Below the pieces are notes generated by a model. The model had not been told where the DNA came from. It did no database searches and worked only from the letters and a program-made list of their open reading frames with translations. Below are positions 9,139 to 18,855 of a DNA stretch of 64,000 bases, in pieces; within the stretch, counting starts at the first letter, position 1; every line of letters begins with the position of its first letter. The position numbers and the translations under genes were made by a program. The DNA lies in sequence record OU343167.1; one strand, 5' to 3'.

Positions 9139-9507
9139 TCAATACCCTTTATTCAAGAGTTCTGCTAAAGCGCGTGCTTGTGAGATATTAGTCGATGCAA
9201 AGACATCAGAAAGATATCCTTCGTTTGCTTCAGCTCCTTTACGAAGTTCTTTCATCAGGTCAGGATTCGCCTTTGCCCATGTTTCCCATAGAGCTAAATA
9301 TGCATCCCATGAGTTTATAGGACTCAACGGAGGCTTGCCTTTACCGAGCTTCCAATTAGTACCACCAACATCATAACCTTTAACATCGCATTGGTAGTGC
9401 ATCTCAATAGTTCGGCCATCGGGCATTACAGCATTTAAGGCGGAGAACCTTTTATCGCCAACGGAGGAACATTCGTATCCTCCGCGACGTTTCCATCGAT
9501 ATATCAC
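9139..9507 (-). CDS. NADAR-like protein (candidate ADP-ribosyl-DNA glycohydrolase)
   Basis: 122 aa; RFSALNAVMPDGRTIEMHYQCDVKG echoes the NADAR FS(N)F...T.EH.(Y/F)Q..K signature; GTG start overlaps polymerase TGA (GTGA). Confidence 0.5.
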   Translation of the reverse strand: MIYRWKRRGGYECSSVGDKRFSALNAVMPDGRTIEMHYQCDVKGYDVGGTNWKLGKGKPPLSPINSWDAYLALWETWAKANPDLMKELRKGAEANEGYLSDVFASTNISQARALAELLNKGY

Positions 9508-11447
9508 TTTGGGGAGTTAGCCTTCTTATCCAAATAAAGCTTCAGCATCTCATCCAGCTTCGGAGCCTTCATGATTTTCTGACAGATCTCAATGGCATTA
9601 ACACGTCCACCTGTCAAGTTCACACCTACTTCTCGACGATGATGTTCGGAGATATCTTTCATCATGGAGAATTCCATGACAGTTGTTTCCCGAGCGATAT
9701 TGAGAATCTGACTAACGTTCGGATAAGTCGAAACGATGTCAAGGTCAGCTACGTGACTAAAGATCAAAGTCTTGTAATCAGGTAAGTCCTTAACACACTT
9801 CAACCCATTTGGACCAGCCATATAGGACGGCAGTGTAACAATCCAGCTATCATGACCTACAACGTATTGATCTAGCTCGTGAACCATCTGGTCGGAGCTA
9901 GTGCCAATTACGCATGGCTCAGGACGGTTCAGATACCAGAAGTGCATGTCATCACAGAGACGCTTCGGGTTAGAGCTGAAGTTCTTATAGTCAGAAGACT
10001 TAGAGAACAGAGTAATCGAACTAGCAAGGTCGTTGATCTTTTCATCCAGTTGTTCCAGACGAATGGAGTCAATGATGTTGTAAAGACCATAACGAACCTT
10101 GTGGTTCTTCTGCATCTCAATGTGCCATTCGATACCACCAAGGTGATCAGTTTCAGCAAACTTAAGTTTACCAAAGTTCATTGTGTAACGAACATGGTTA
10201 CCTAGGTGTACAGTTTCACCCCAAGTGAAATGCTCTACCGGTGTCCAATCATCCTCTTTACCGCTATAGTTAACAAACAGATACGGATAACTACCAGGAC
10301 GTTCTACCAGAAGTTTATCAAGACTCTTCTTGAATTTAATCAGATCTTCTTCACCAAGAATCTCTGTTTCTTCATCAACGTTTAGCTCCTTCTTAAGAAT
10401 ATAGTCGAGAGCATACGAAGGCTCTTTACCTTTAGCAAGACGAGTTACCCGATACGTAGACATCGCATCAATGGGTTGGAAAGAGGCAGGACATGTAATC
10501 CAATGCCACTGATCTTCAGGTCCCTTAGATTTAGTAACACCAGAAGCGGTAGTTGTCATCGCCTGGTCTTGGCGGAAATGGAAATACTTGTAATTATTAG
10601 GAACAGACGGATCGCTAAATACAAGTGCCGGATCAACTCCTGCATCTTCCAGGGTCTTCAAGATTCGACTCATGTCGAAGCTGATGTTCCAGAAAGAGAA
10701 GAAGTCTGGTTTCCATTCGTGTAGCCGCTTAATACAGTTAATGACAATGTGAACTGGTTGATCAACCACTTCGATTTCTATTTTAAGATTACGGCCATTA
10801 CGAAGTGCAACCAATTCAGGAATACGTTCTAGTTCCTCGAACGTTTCTTTCACGGGGTCTTTAAGATCACTAACCCAATGTTTAAGATAGGCAAGATAAA
10901 CGTTTTCTTTATGGCTTACGGACATACAGATAATCTGTCCGTCTTTTCCATCTTCGTAAACGTTGGTCTCAATATCACCACCTGCTACCGTGTTACGAGA
11001 AATGAGATCAGGTGCAGCAGTTCGATAATCGTTCTTCAAGCAGCATACAGAACTAACGTCCGCACCATACAGGTAAGGACTTCGACTCAGTTGACGAAGC
11101 CTAGGGTTAGGTCCCATGCTGTAATCACCCAGAGCTTTAGCAATCGCATGCGGCATGTTAATCTGGGTAGACTTACGTTTAATAAGCTTACTAGCGTACT
11201 CATAGTCTTTCTTCTCATGATAAGTACGCTGGCTTTCTTTTTTATTTGCTTCAGGATCCAGCCACCATGGCCGTTCATAATCCTCAATAAACCTCAGTCG
11301 TGGAATCCTGCGTTTATCTTTAAGATGCACGACTTCTTTAACAACATGTAAGTCATGCTTACGGTGATTCCTATCGGTGACGTATGTAATATGTTTAGCC
11401 TCGACACCGATTATATCTTCTTTACTGAAAGAAATATTATCACTCAT
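9504..11447 (-). CDS. family-B DNA polymerase N-terminal subunit: 3'-5' exonuclease plus palm motif A (phiKZ gp82-like)
   Basis: ExoI GDIETN, ExoII FWNISFDM, ExoIII YNIIDS, motif A ADLDIVSTYPN; motifs B and C absent. Confidence 0.8.
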   Translation of the reverse strand: MSDNISFSKEDIIGVEAKHITYVTDRNHRKHDLHVVKEVVHLKDKRRIPRLRFIEDYERPWWLDPEANKKESQRTYHEKKDYEYASKLIKRKSTQINMPHAIAKALGDYSMGPNPRLRQLSRSPYLYGADVSSVCCLKNDYRTAAPDLISRNTVAGGDIETNVYEDGKDGQIICMSVSHKENVYLAYLKHWVSDLKDPVKETFEELERIPELVALRNGRNLKIEIEVVDQPVHIVINCIKRLHEWKPDFFSFWNISFDMSRILKTLEDAGVDPALVFSDPSVPNNYKYFHFRQDQAMTTTASGVTKSKGPEDQWHWITCPASFQPIDAMSTYRVTRLAKGKEPSYALDYILKKELNVDEETEILGEEDLIKFKKSLDKLLVERPGSYPYLFVNYSGKEDDWTPVEHFTWGETVHLGNHVRYTMNFGKLKFAETDHLGGIEWHIEMQKNHKVRYGLYNIIDSIRLEQLDEKINDLASSITLFSKSSDYKNFSSNPKRLCDDMHFWYLNRPEPCVIGTSSDQMVHELDQYVVGHDSWIVTLPSYMAGPNGLKCVKDLPDYKTLIFSHVADLDIVSTYPNVSQILNIARETTVMEFSMMKDISEHHRREVGVNLTGGRVNAIEICQKIMKAPKLDEMLKLYLDKKANSPK

Positions 11448-11555
11448 TTTTGAGCTTCCTTTTTAAAACTTAAATCACGTAGTATTAATCACCAGAGTAA
11501 TCTCTCATTCGAGCTTTACTTTATGATTAATAAAACTGACGAGTAGGCCACTCTC

Positions 11556-12803
11556 ATGTATAACCGATACACTATCTCTCAAGAGATGTTAGTAGTTGGA
11601 GCTAAATCCAACATTGGACCGATCACTGAAAAATACGTTACTCTTATCAGAGAAGCGTATAAAAAGGACAAGATCATTCCCGTTAGTTTGTTTACTGATT
11701 TTGCAAAAGAATTAAAAGTTGAAACCGGTATTAATTACGAGTTTACTGTCAGTGGTGACTCCGGATTAGACGCCGGCGTTAGCCTAGAAATGATGGCGTT
11801 GGGTCATAGCGGTACTTGGTATAATGCACATAAGTGGCTTCGAGCAGAGAACAGCTATAACGATCCGCGGAAACTTGAAACCATTATCGATGTTAAGAAC
11901 GTTCGTGTTAAAGGTGGTCTCGCCGATGAACTGAAATTTAAGATGTATATCTCTCTTGGGTTCATTAGTGAGAAACTAGGTTTCACCATTCGTGAAGTAA
12001 CTGCTGCTCTTGTTCACGAAATAGGACACACCTTTAACGTCTTTATGTACATGGGCGACTACGTATGGCTTAACTATTATCTTACCGATGGAATTGAAAT
12101 TCTACAAGGTAAGAAAAACAACGTATTCAAGCTTGAGGTTCTCACCGATAAATGGTTGAAGGAAAACCTTAAAGAAGAAGAATACCAGGCCTACATTAAT
12201 GACCGCTCTGATATCGGTAACGTTCGCCGTGCTATTCTATCTGCTTATAAAAAGGCACCACGACACCATTTGATGAATAACCCCGTTACAGCAATGCGAC
12301 GTGAAGAGCAGATGGCAGATATGTTTGCCTCTCGTTTGGGTTATGGTCGTGATCTAGCGACATGCCTCCATAAGTTCGATAAATACTACGGAATGGAGTA
12401 CCAAGAGTCTGGGTACATCATGTTGATTATCCATGCCTTGGCCATGCTTTGGTTCTCACCATTAGTCATGTTGGTTATTCTTACAAATAGCGAAGTAGAT
12501 GAATTCAATTTCTCTGCACGTTACGATGACCCACGTGAACGAATCATGAAAGTCCGTCGAGATCTTATTGCTCAACTACGTAGAACTGATACAGTTAAAG
12601 ATAAAGCTTCGATGAGTGATGATGTTAAAGCTATCGATGACATTATTCGAGACTTTTCTAATAACCGTAATTTGTTCGATACCGTCCTAGAATTCTTCCG
12701 TCCAGCTCGTCGTAAAGAAACTCAGTATAAACAAACTGAAGAGAATCTTGAGACATTGCTGAACAATGATTTGTTCTTACAAGCTTTCCGCTTAACTCAA
12801 TAA
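11556..12803 (+). CDS. virion head protein with zincin HExxH motif (gp83-like position)
   Basis: 415 aa; ALVHEIGH plus downstream REEQMADMFASRLGYG; SQE and SLE maturation-type sites near N-terminus. Confidence 0.65.
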   Translation: MYNRYTISQEMLVVGAKSNIGPITEKYVTLIREAYKKDKIIPVSLFTDFAKELKVETGINYEFTVSGDSGLDAGVSLEMMALGHSGTWYNAHKWLRAENSYNDPRKLETIIDVKNVRVKGGLADELKFKMYISLGFISEKLGFTIREVTAALVHEIGHTFNVFMYMGDYVWLNYYLTDGIEILQGKKNNVFKLEVLTDKWLKENLKEEEYQAYINDRSDIGNVRRAILSAYKKAPRHHLMNNPVTAMRREEQMADMFASRLGYGRDLATCLHKFDKYYGMEYQESGYIMLIIHALAMLWFSPLVMLVILTNSEVDEFNFSARYDDPRERIMKVRRDLIAQLRRTDTVKDKASMSDDVKAIDDIIRDFSNNRNLFDTVLEFFRPARRKETQYKQTEENLETLLNNDLFLQAFRLTQ

Positions 12804-12818
12804 ACAAGGTAGACCGAA

Positions 12819-13259
12819 ATGCGTACTGGTTTTGAAATTGCCCGTATCCTGAAAGAAATTAAATCCCCAACCAACAATGATCGTCAAGCTCGCGCCATGT
12901 TTGTAGCTAACGCTGTTGGTTTCTTTGTCCAGCTTGATCCATCTCTTTCTTGTGAAGAGTTGATTGATGCACACATGCCTATGTTGAAGAAGGTAGCTGG
13001 CCAGGTTAACGAGAATATTGCTCTCGACCTGAATCTGACTCGTGAACTCTTTAAACAAGTCATCCGTATCCGATTGGAACTGATTAACTGTGTTAGCGAT
13101 CCTGCTATCATTGAAGCTGCAATGAAATCCGTTACAGCAGAAGATTATCAGACAATCGATGAAACCGCTACCGCTAACATGCTTGCCAGTCGTTTTGATT
13201 TCGCTAAGAGTCAAAATGCTATAGCCAGTGTTCTGCGTCAGCTTGAAGTAGAAGGCTAA
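12819..13259 (+). CDS. putative virion protein
   Basis: 146 aa, helical, in head-protein operon. Confidence 0.65.
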   Translation: MRTGFEIARILKEIKSPTNNDRQARAMFVANAVGFFVQLDPSLSCEELIDAHMPMLKKVAGQVNENIALDLNLTRELFKQVIRIRLELINCVSDPAIIEAAMKSVTAEDYQTIDETATANMLASRFDFAKSQNAIASVLRQLEVEG

Positions 13260-13276
13260 TTCAGGGAGGGGTCGTC

Positions 13277-13579
13277 ATGATCGACCATACCCATGATGAC
13301 TTAGTTCACCCGCGTATTACAAAAGCATACGCAAAGTCATTAATCGTAAAAGAGAAGATCATCTCTGACCCTGAAATGTTGGTGACAGTCTGCATTACTA
13401 AATTACGTAATGGCCATCGGATTGTCACCGATGCAATTGTAGCGAATAAAGCAGCATTTGATTCTAAGCGTGGAGTTGTAGTAGCCAGGCGAAAAGCAAT
13501 TGAAGAAATTATTCGTTTAGAATTGTACCTCTTACGTGACAAGCTTTACGAGCATTCTAAAGGTAATGAAAATGCATGA
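13277..13579 (+). CDS. N4 gp49/Sf6 gp66-family (PF13876) protein; Acb4-like nucleotide-sponge candidate
   Basis: 100 aa; TVCITKLRNGHRIV...FDSKRG...ARRKAIEEIIRLELYLLRDKL matches family pattern T.C.L.L.NG..V.G...FD...G..IAR..A...IW.LEGYLL; GGAGG RBS. Confidence 0.6.
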   Translation: MIDHTHDDLVHPRITKAYAKSLIVKEKIISDPEMLVTVCITKLRNGHRIVTDAIVANKAAFDSKRGVVVARRKAIEEIIRLELYLLRDKLYEHSKGNENA

Positions 13580-14810
13580 ACACGATGACGTTCTTATTGA
13601 AGGACAACGACAGTTAGGTGAAGAGCTTGAAGCCGCTCCCGTCCGTGGAGTTCAGCTCGATCCAAATCTGCAAGAAAAGCTACATGCTGCATTGGAGCAT
13701 ATTAGCACGCTAGACGATCTACGTTCTACTATCCGTGCCGAAGGTGTTAGTTCGCATGATATCACAGCTCTTCGTGGTATCCATAGTTCCATGGAAGCTA
13801 TTGGTTTGAATGTGCCAGTACTACCATCTCTGGAAAACTATAACGCTCTATTTACGCCCACACGTACTAGCTTGAATCTAAAGGTTTCTAATGAAGCTAT
13901 TGGTTCGGCTATTATGGCTACCATTAAAGAATGGTTCCATGTACTGGTTGACTTTATTGTAAAGACAATCCGTTGGGTTAAGTCAGTTGAGATGAATGAC
14001 GAAGTGATCCAAGGTAGGATCGTTTCTATTAACGAAAAAATCGTTAAATTAGAATCCAACTGGAAAGAGATGCAAGCTTTGAACCGTTTGGGTAATCGTA
14101 ATCTTGATCGTAAGTATTACGAAACTGCCGAAGTGGTTCTACTTGATCCTAAGCTACCCCGCTCCGATATCGGCCTGTTGGCTTTTGGTGTAGATGATGA
14201 TCTTCGTCGAATCCGAAATATCCAACAAGAAGCACAAAAATTTGGTGCACAACTGCTGGAGCAAATTCGACAGCTTCGTCAAGTAATGGACCGCTCTCGT
14301 TTAGAACTTGGCTTTGAATCTCATATTGGACCACGACTACAGTCTCTGGCAGAAACGCTGAAGAACATGGATAGTCAGTCTGACGATCCTAACTTCTATA
14401 TCAAACACAAACGAGTTGGTATTCGTTTCTTTGAAGATACTAAACGCATGTTAAAGCGTGAGCCAATTACATATAAGTTCATCTATGAGCTCTATGGTAA
14501 ATGTGCAGACGAACTGCGTAAAGTGAATCGATTTGATCTAGAAGAATCTGTTGTACCACTTCCTAAACTTCAGGCTGTTATTGCCAACGTTAACGCTGGT
14601 ATTGAAGCACTGAATGACATGGTTAAGGTATTCAGCCGTATTCCTCTTTATCAGTACAAAGCTGGTGCAACATATGCCAACTTCTTCATCAAGGCGCACG
14701 ACATCGTTCGTGAGGATTTCTATGCTCATGTCGCAAGTGACGTAGCTAATGCCGCCTGGGATAAACTGATTAAGCGTTTTGAAGATATCAAACGTGAGCT
14801 TGGTATTTGA
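13572..14810 (+). CDS. internal head/ejection protein with cleavable propeptide (gp84-86-like)
   Basis: ATG at 13572 overlaps previous stop; ALE, SME, SLE, SNE sites followed by GSAIMATIKEWFHVLVDFI, typical mature N-terminus. Confidence 0.7.
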   Translation: MHEHDDVLIEGQRQLGEELEAAPVRGVQLDPNLQEKLHAALEHISTLDDLRSTIRAEGVSSHDITALRGIHSSMEAIGLNVPVLPSLENYNALFTPTRTSLNLKVSNEAIGSAIMATIKEWFHVLVDFIVKTIRWVKSVEMNDEVIQGRIVSINEKIVKLESNWKEMQALNRLGNRNLDRKYYETAEVVLLDPKLPRSDIGLLAFGVDDDLRRIRNIQQEAQKFGAQLLEQIRQLRQVMDRSRLELGFESHIGPRLQSLAETLKNMDSQSDDPNFYIKHKRVGIRFFEDTKRMLKREPITYKFIYELYGKCADELRKVNRFDLEESVVPLPKLQAVIANVNAGIEALNDMVKVFSRIPLYQYKAGATYANFFIKAHDIVREDFYAHVASDVANAAWDKLIKRFEDIKRELGI

Positions 14811-14812
14811 CA

Positions 14813-14846
14813 ACATATTGCCCGGCATTGAGCCGGGCTTTATGTC
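14813..14846. terminator. bidirectional hairpin terminator
   Basis: ACATATTGCCCGGC-ATTGA-GCCGGGCTTTATGTC between convergent genes. Confidence 0.8.
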
Positions 14847-14848
14847 GT

Positions 14849-17764
14849 TTAGTTATTCAGTACTTCGTGTTTAAGGAAGTTGAATTGAACGTCGTCTTCT
14901 ACAGTTAACTCTTGGTTAGCAAGAACAACAAGCTTCTTACGAATCGCGAGGCGAACAGCATCATCTTCAACTGTAAGAATGGCGTAGTTATTAGTGCCAC
15001 CCAAACCGAATACCTCAAGTGCCTGTACCCCGTCACCAGACGTCGCTTCAAGTTGAGCAACTGTATCAGACATCGATACAGTCTTACGACTGATGTATTC
15101 ATTAAGTACAGACTTACCGTTAGCCATAAGGCTAGGTCGAATTGTAGTATTGGTATATTCAGCTGGTTTCAGATAGAAACTAAGAGTGAATGCTTGATCG
15201 ACGGAGATGGTAGCTTTCTGACCTTCACGTACGGTAACAGTAGTATCACCATAAGTGGTAGTCGGATAGAGATACATCTCACACATTTCAAGTAACTGTG
15301 CATCGAGGATACTGATGTCATTCTCAAGCCATGTAACGAATTCCATCGGAATTTCGACTTTGTAGTCAAGTGCCGATTTTTCATTGGCAAAGTAGAATAG
15401 TCCATCAACCATCATTAAAGTAATTTCACGTAGACGCTTACGCGGTGCAACCAAAATAGGTTTACCGTTTGAGTCTAACATTACATCGCCTTTCTGGTGC
15501 TTGCGAACCTGATTACCTTGTGCATCCAATACCGGATCACCTTTACGATGAAGTATCTCATAATCGAGAGTACCATCAGGTTTAATCGTTACAATGATGT
15601 TACCTGCTTCATCGCGTTTATATTCGTTTTCCTCATAGAACCACATTACATCATGTTCCCAGTGCTGATAAGACTCATCACCAAGTACAGTACGACTACG
15701 TCGCCACATTTTGGTCATGTCATAACCAAGTGTTGTAACTAGACGTTCACGGTTGACAACCATGAATTGTTGTGGCAATAGGTGGGCTTGAACCATTTCA
15801 TCGATCTGGTTAGGTTGATAACCAGGTGTACTCGTATTAACAACAAGGATAGTGATATCAAACATGTTATTTAGAGTACTCGCGAAATTGTTTTGTACCT
15901 CGGAGAACATCGACATGTTAGTCGTGTAGAGCTCGTTCTTGGAATTGATGTCATGGTTAGTTTTGATATCAAAAGTAAATACGCGCTCACCGTCTTCGAT
16001 ACCAATGAACTTACCATTAACAGAAGCCCAGCGTACTTCACCAGCTGGCTGATAGCCAATTTGAAGTACAACTTGTTCATCAGCTAGTTTCTTGAACTGC
16101 TCGCCAGATTCTAAACGAACTGTAATTCGATAACCTTCATCCGTTTTAACTATATCAAAGACATCGATAGCAGCTTGTAAATTGGCTGTGTCGTTCTCAC
16201 CAACAAAAATCTTTTCGGTGATTGTTGGATTGTCTAAATAGTAGGGACGAACCTCAAAATTCTCACGCGACGCATCTAGTACGTTATGGAACGGAGAATA
16301 CACGTAACGGCCATTGTTCACCTCACGTGCAATCTGTTCGGCGGTGCTGCCTTTTAGACGAGCAATCTCAGCATCAGCAACGGTGTTAACACGTCCATTA
16401 TTGAACGTGTAGAGCATACTAGGTTTGATCGTTAATCGATCACCATTGTCCGCTACATGTATAGAGCCCGCCAAAGACTCCATATCGACTTTAAGTTGCG
16501 ACATGGCTACACCAGCACCAGAAATAACATCAAGCGACCTCGGTGCTCCTAGACGCCTTGAAGCGAGGAACTGTCTATTCGTAATGTTATCGATATTGGA
16601 TACGAGTGTATAACCACGCCGATTAACAGCGTCAGTAATTTGAACGTTAGTAATAGGTACTTGGTTTGCACCGAGTGTATTATTAATAACCTGATTACGG
16701 AGTACGTTAAAATCAACAGAATTCGCACCTCCTTCTACTCGACCACGGGCCAGAGATTGAATGAGGTTAAACGTTGTCAACGGAGACACATACGAGCTAT
16801 CGTCATCAATAGAGTTCAGATAGAACTTAAACTGGTTTGCTTTATAAGCACCTAGGTCGCGATCCATCTTTCCTTGGGTAGTATAGATATCGATACGGAT
16901 ATCACCCTGCGCCATTCGTGTGTTTGTATAGATAGTTGGAATACTCACTTGGAGTTTATTACCAATAACTTTAAACACAACGGTCAGTTCCATTGGGTCA
17001 TAGACCAAAGCCGAGTGAGTCGTTTTAAGTTCCACCCAATTATCATCTTCAGTACGGCTGATGTACGCCCGCGCATAGAAGAACTGATCGGTGAATGTAT
17101 ACGACTCTTGGAAAAGACTAGATGGGTTAAGAGATTCGGTATGTGTCTTTACTGCGAACTGATAGACCGGGATACTAAGAGAAATAACCTTACGTCGATC
17201 AATGACGAGCATAGACCATGGTACAATGTTCGTCGATAGGGTTTCCACAGGTGACTTTTTATCGAGGACATATTCGATAGTAATACCACCGTGACGCATA
17301 ACCCGAATTTCAATTGGGTACTGCATCGTGAATTTAATACCAGCTGCATCAAATTCCGTTAAGCGCGGTATAACTAGTTTCTTGATACCTGTATCTCCGA
17401 CGGCCACTGCTTTAGCAATAACTTCATCGTAGGCAATCAAGAAATTGAAGGTTGTTCTAGCGGGAGAAGCAAAGCGTCCAATATAGTCATCATCTGACAT
17501 GTGTTTATAGAGCTCTTCACTACCCAGCGAAAGACGTGGATACAGCTGACGTCCCAATGCCTCCATTTCACCAATTGCCATCGCGGTTTCCATGGAACCG
17601 ATCTCAAGCGAGAATACAAAAGGGATAGACGCATCTGGAATATCAGCAATGACGGCTCCATTACTAGAGCCGTTCATTTGTGTATCCAGTTCATTAAGAG
17701 CGATGGTTTGCATCAACGCTGGATTACGTCGAGCACTATACATCCGTTCTTTAAACTGACTCAT
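14849..17764 (-). CDS. baseplate wedge protein, T4 gp6/baseplate-J-like (phiKZ gp87-like)
   Basis: 971 aa, beta-rich; VEGGANSVDFNVLRNQV resembles the baseplate-J GGxDxExxExLRxR motif. Confidence 0.65.
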   Translation of the reverse strand: MSQFKERMYSARRNPALMQTIALNELDTQMNGSSNGAVIADIPDASIPFVFSLEIGSMETAMAIGEMEALGRQLYPRLSLGSEELYKHMSDDDYIGRFASPARTTFNFLIAYDEVIAKAVAVGDTGIKKLVIPRLTEFDAAGIKFTMQYPIEIRVMRHGGITIEYVLDKKSPVETLSTNIVPWSMLVIDRRKVISLSIPVYQFAVKTHTESLNPSSLFQESYTFTDQFFYARAYISRTEDDNWVELKTTHSALVYDPMELTVVFKVIGNKLQVSIPTIYTNTRMAQGDIRIDIYTTQGKMDRDLGAYKANQFKFYLNSIDDDSSYVSPLTTFNLIQSLARGRVEGGANSVDFNVLRNQVINNTLGANQVPITNVQITDAVNRRGYTLVSNIDNITNRQFLASRRLGAPRSLDVISGAGVAMSQLKVDMESLAGSIHVADNGDRLTIKPSMLYTFNNGRVNTVADAEIARLKGSTAEQIAREVNNGRYVYSPFHNVLDASRENFEVRPYYLDNPTITEKIFVGENDTANLQAAIDVFDIVKTDEGYRITVRLESGEQFKKLADEQVVLQIGYQPAGEVRWASVNGKFIGIEDGERVFTFDIKTNHDINSKNELYTTNMSMFSEVQNNFASTLNNMFDITILVVNTSTPGYQPNQIDEMVQAHLLPQQFMVVNRERLVTTLGYDMTKMWRRSRTVLGDESYQHWEHDVMWFYEENEYKRDEAGNIIVTIKPDGTLDYEILHRKGDPVLDAQGNQVRKHQKGDVMLDSNGKPILVAPRKRLREITLMMVDGLFYFANEKSALDYKVEIPMEFVTWLENDISILDAQLLEMCEMYLYPTTTYGDTTVTVREGQKATISVDQAFTLSFYLKPAEYTNTTIRPSLMANGKSVLNEYISRKTVSMSDTVAQLEATSGDGVQALEVFGLGGTNNYAILTVEDDAVRLAIRKKLVVLANQELTVEDDVQFNFLKHEVLNN

Positions 17765-17774
17765 TAAAATTTCC

Positions 17775-18818
17775 TCAACTTGGATTGTATCCGCGTGTTA
17801 GGTTACCGCCGGCCATTTGGTCGTAGATAGACTTAGGTACGTGCCATTCTAATTCCATATTCGCACTATTAATGTACGGGTAGGCCTGGAAGTTAAACCA
17901 TTTCTTTTCATGCTGTCGTAACTTTTGTGTCAAACGCCCACGGTTGTTATCTCGCATCAGCGGGTTAAATGTTTCAACAAGATCATTAAACTCATAGATC
18001 AAGATATGATCGTAAATTGTCATTCCCATGCAACGGAAACTAAAGTTGAGTTGATCACTTGCAGTTTGGAACGGTGTCTCTGCTCCATCACCAGTAAAGT
18101 TAATAATTTGACCAGTTGGAGCATTCATTGGTAAAGCAGCACCACATGCAGCAATACGGGTTACAAATGTTTTAGTGGAGTCCATTACCAGGCGATAGAT
18201 ACGCGTGTTGGCATCGTATTCATTAAGCATCAATAAATCGGGATAGGGTAGGATACGACCTTCTCTATTAAGTCCCATATAGACTAGCCAGATCTTGAAC
18301 ATCCATGTTATAGGATCTCCAGCAATATTGCGGAATGTCGCCTGTAAATCGTAGGTGTTGTACTGATATGGCACGTCGTCCACATAGGACATTACGTCAC
18401 GGTAAACACCGGGTGTTGTGGTACCGAGATTAATAGTAAAATCTTCCCAACCAGTAAGACTAATCAAGTTGTTACTAAGAAGGGGGATAAACGGGTTAAG
18501 AGGATCTACTCCACCGCACCATGCTGTGCCACCTGCACTATGTGCTCTCGGATCCAAATATGCCCTAACCATACGCTCGATACTCTGTGGGTTAGGATTC
18601 AGGATCATGGACAGTCGCCTGTCCACCATGCAGTTATCTTCAGCCAGGTTCAGTAATGGACGGGTAAAGAAAGTATAACCATGGTTTTCTGTATTTAACG
18701 AAATCGCATTGTTACGACCTGTGATGTTCAGGCCTTTGAATGAATCTTCAATGGAACGATCACGCGGCGACATCCCAATGTTTTGTGTAATTTGCGTTAG
18801 ATAATCACTTAATGCCAT
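17775..18818 (-). CDS. virion protein, probable tail-tube-fold baseplate component (gp88-like)
   Basis: 347 aa; LQATFRN...MFKIW...TRIYRLVMD...P..AP pattern recalls tube/gp48/gp54-type folds; upstream of wedge gene. Confidence 0.5.
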   Translation of the reverse strand: MALSDYLTQITQNIGMSPRDRSIEDSFKGLNITGRNNAISLNTENHGYTFFTRPLLNLAEDNCMVDRRLSMILNPNPQSIERMVRAYLDPRAHSAGGTAWCGGVDPLNPFIPLLSNNLISLTGWEDFTINLGTTTPGVYRDVMSYVDDVPYQYNTYDLQATFRNIAGDPITWMFKIWLVYMGLNREGRILPYPDLLMLNEYDANTRIYRLVMDSTKTFVTRIAACGAALPMNAPTGQIINFTGDGAETPFQTASDQLNFSFRCMGMTIYDHILIYEFNDLVETFNPLMRDNNRGRLTQKLRQHEKKWFNFQAYPYINSANMELEWHVPKSIYDQMAGGNLTRGYNPS

Positions 18819-18855
18819 TTTTCAAATCTCTGTGAACAAATGAAGGAAGAGAACG

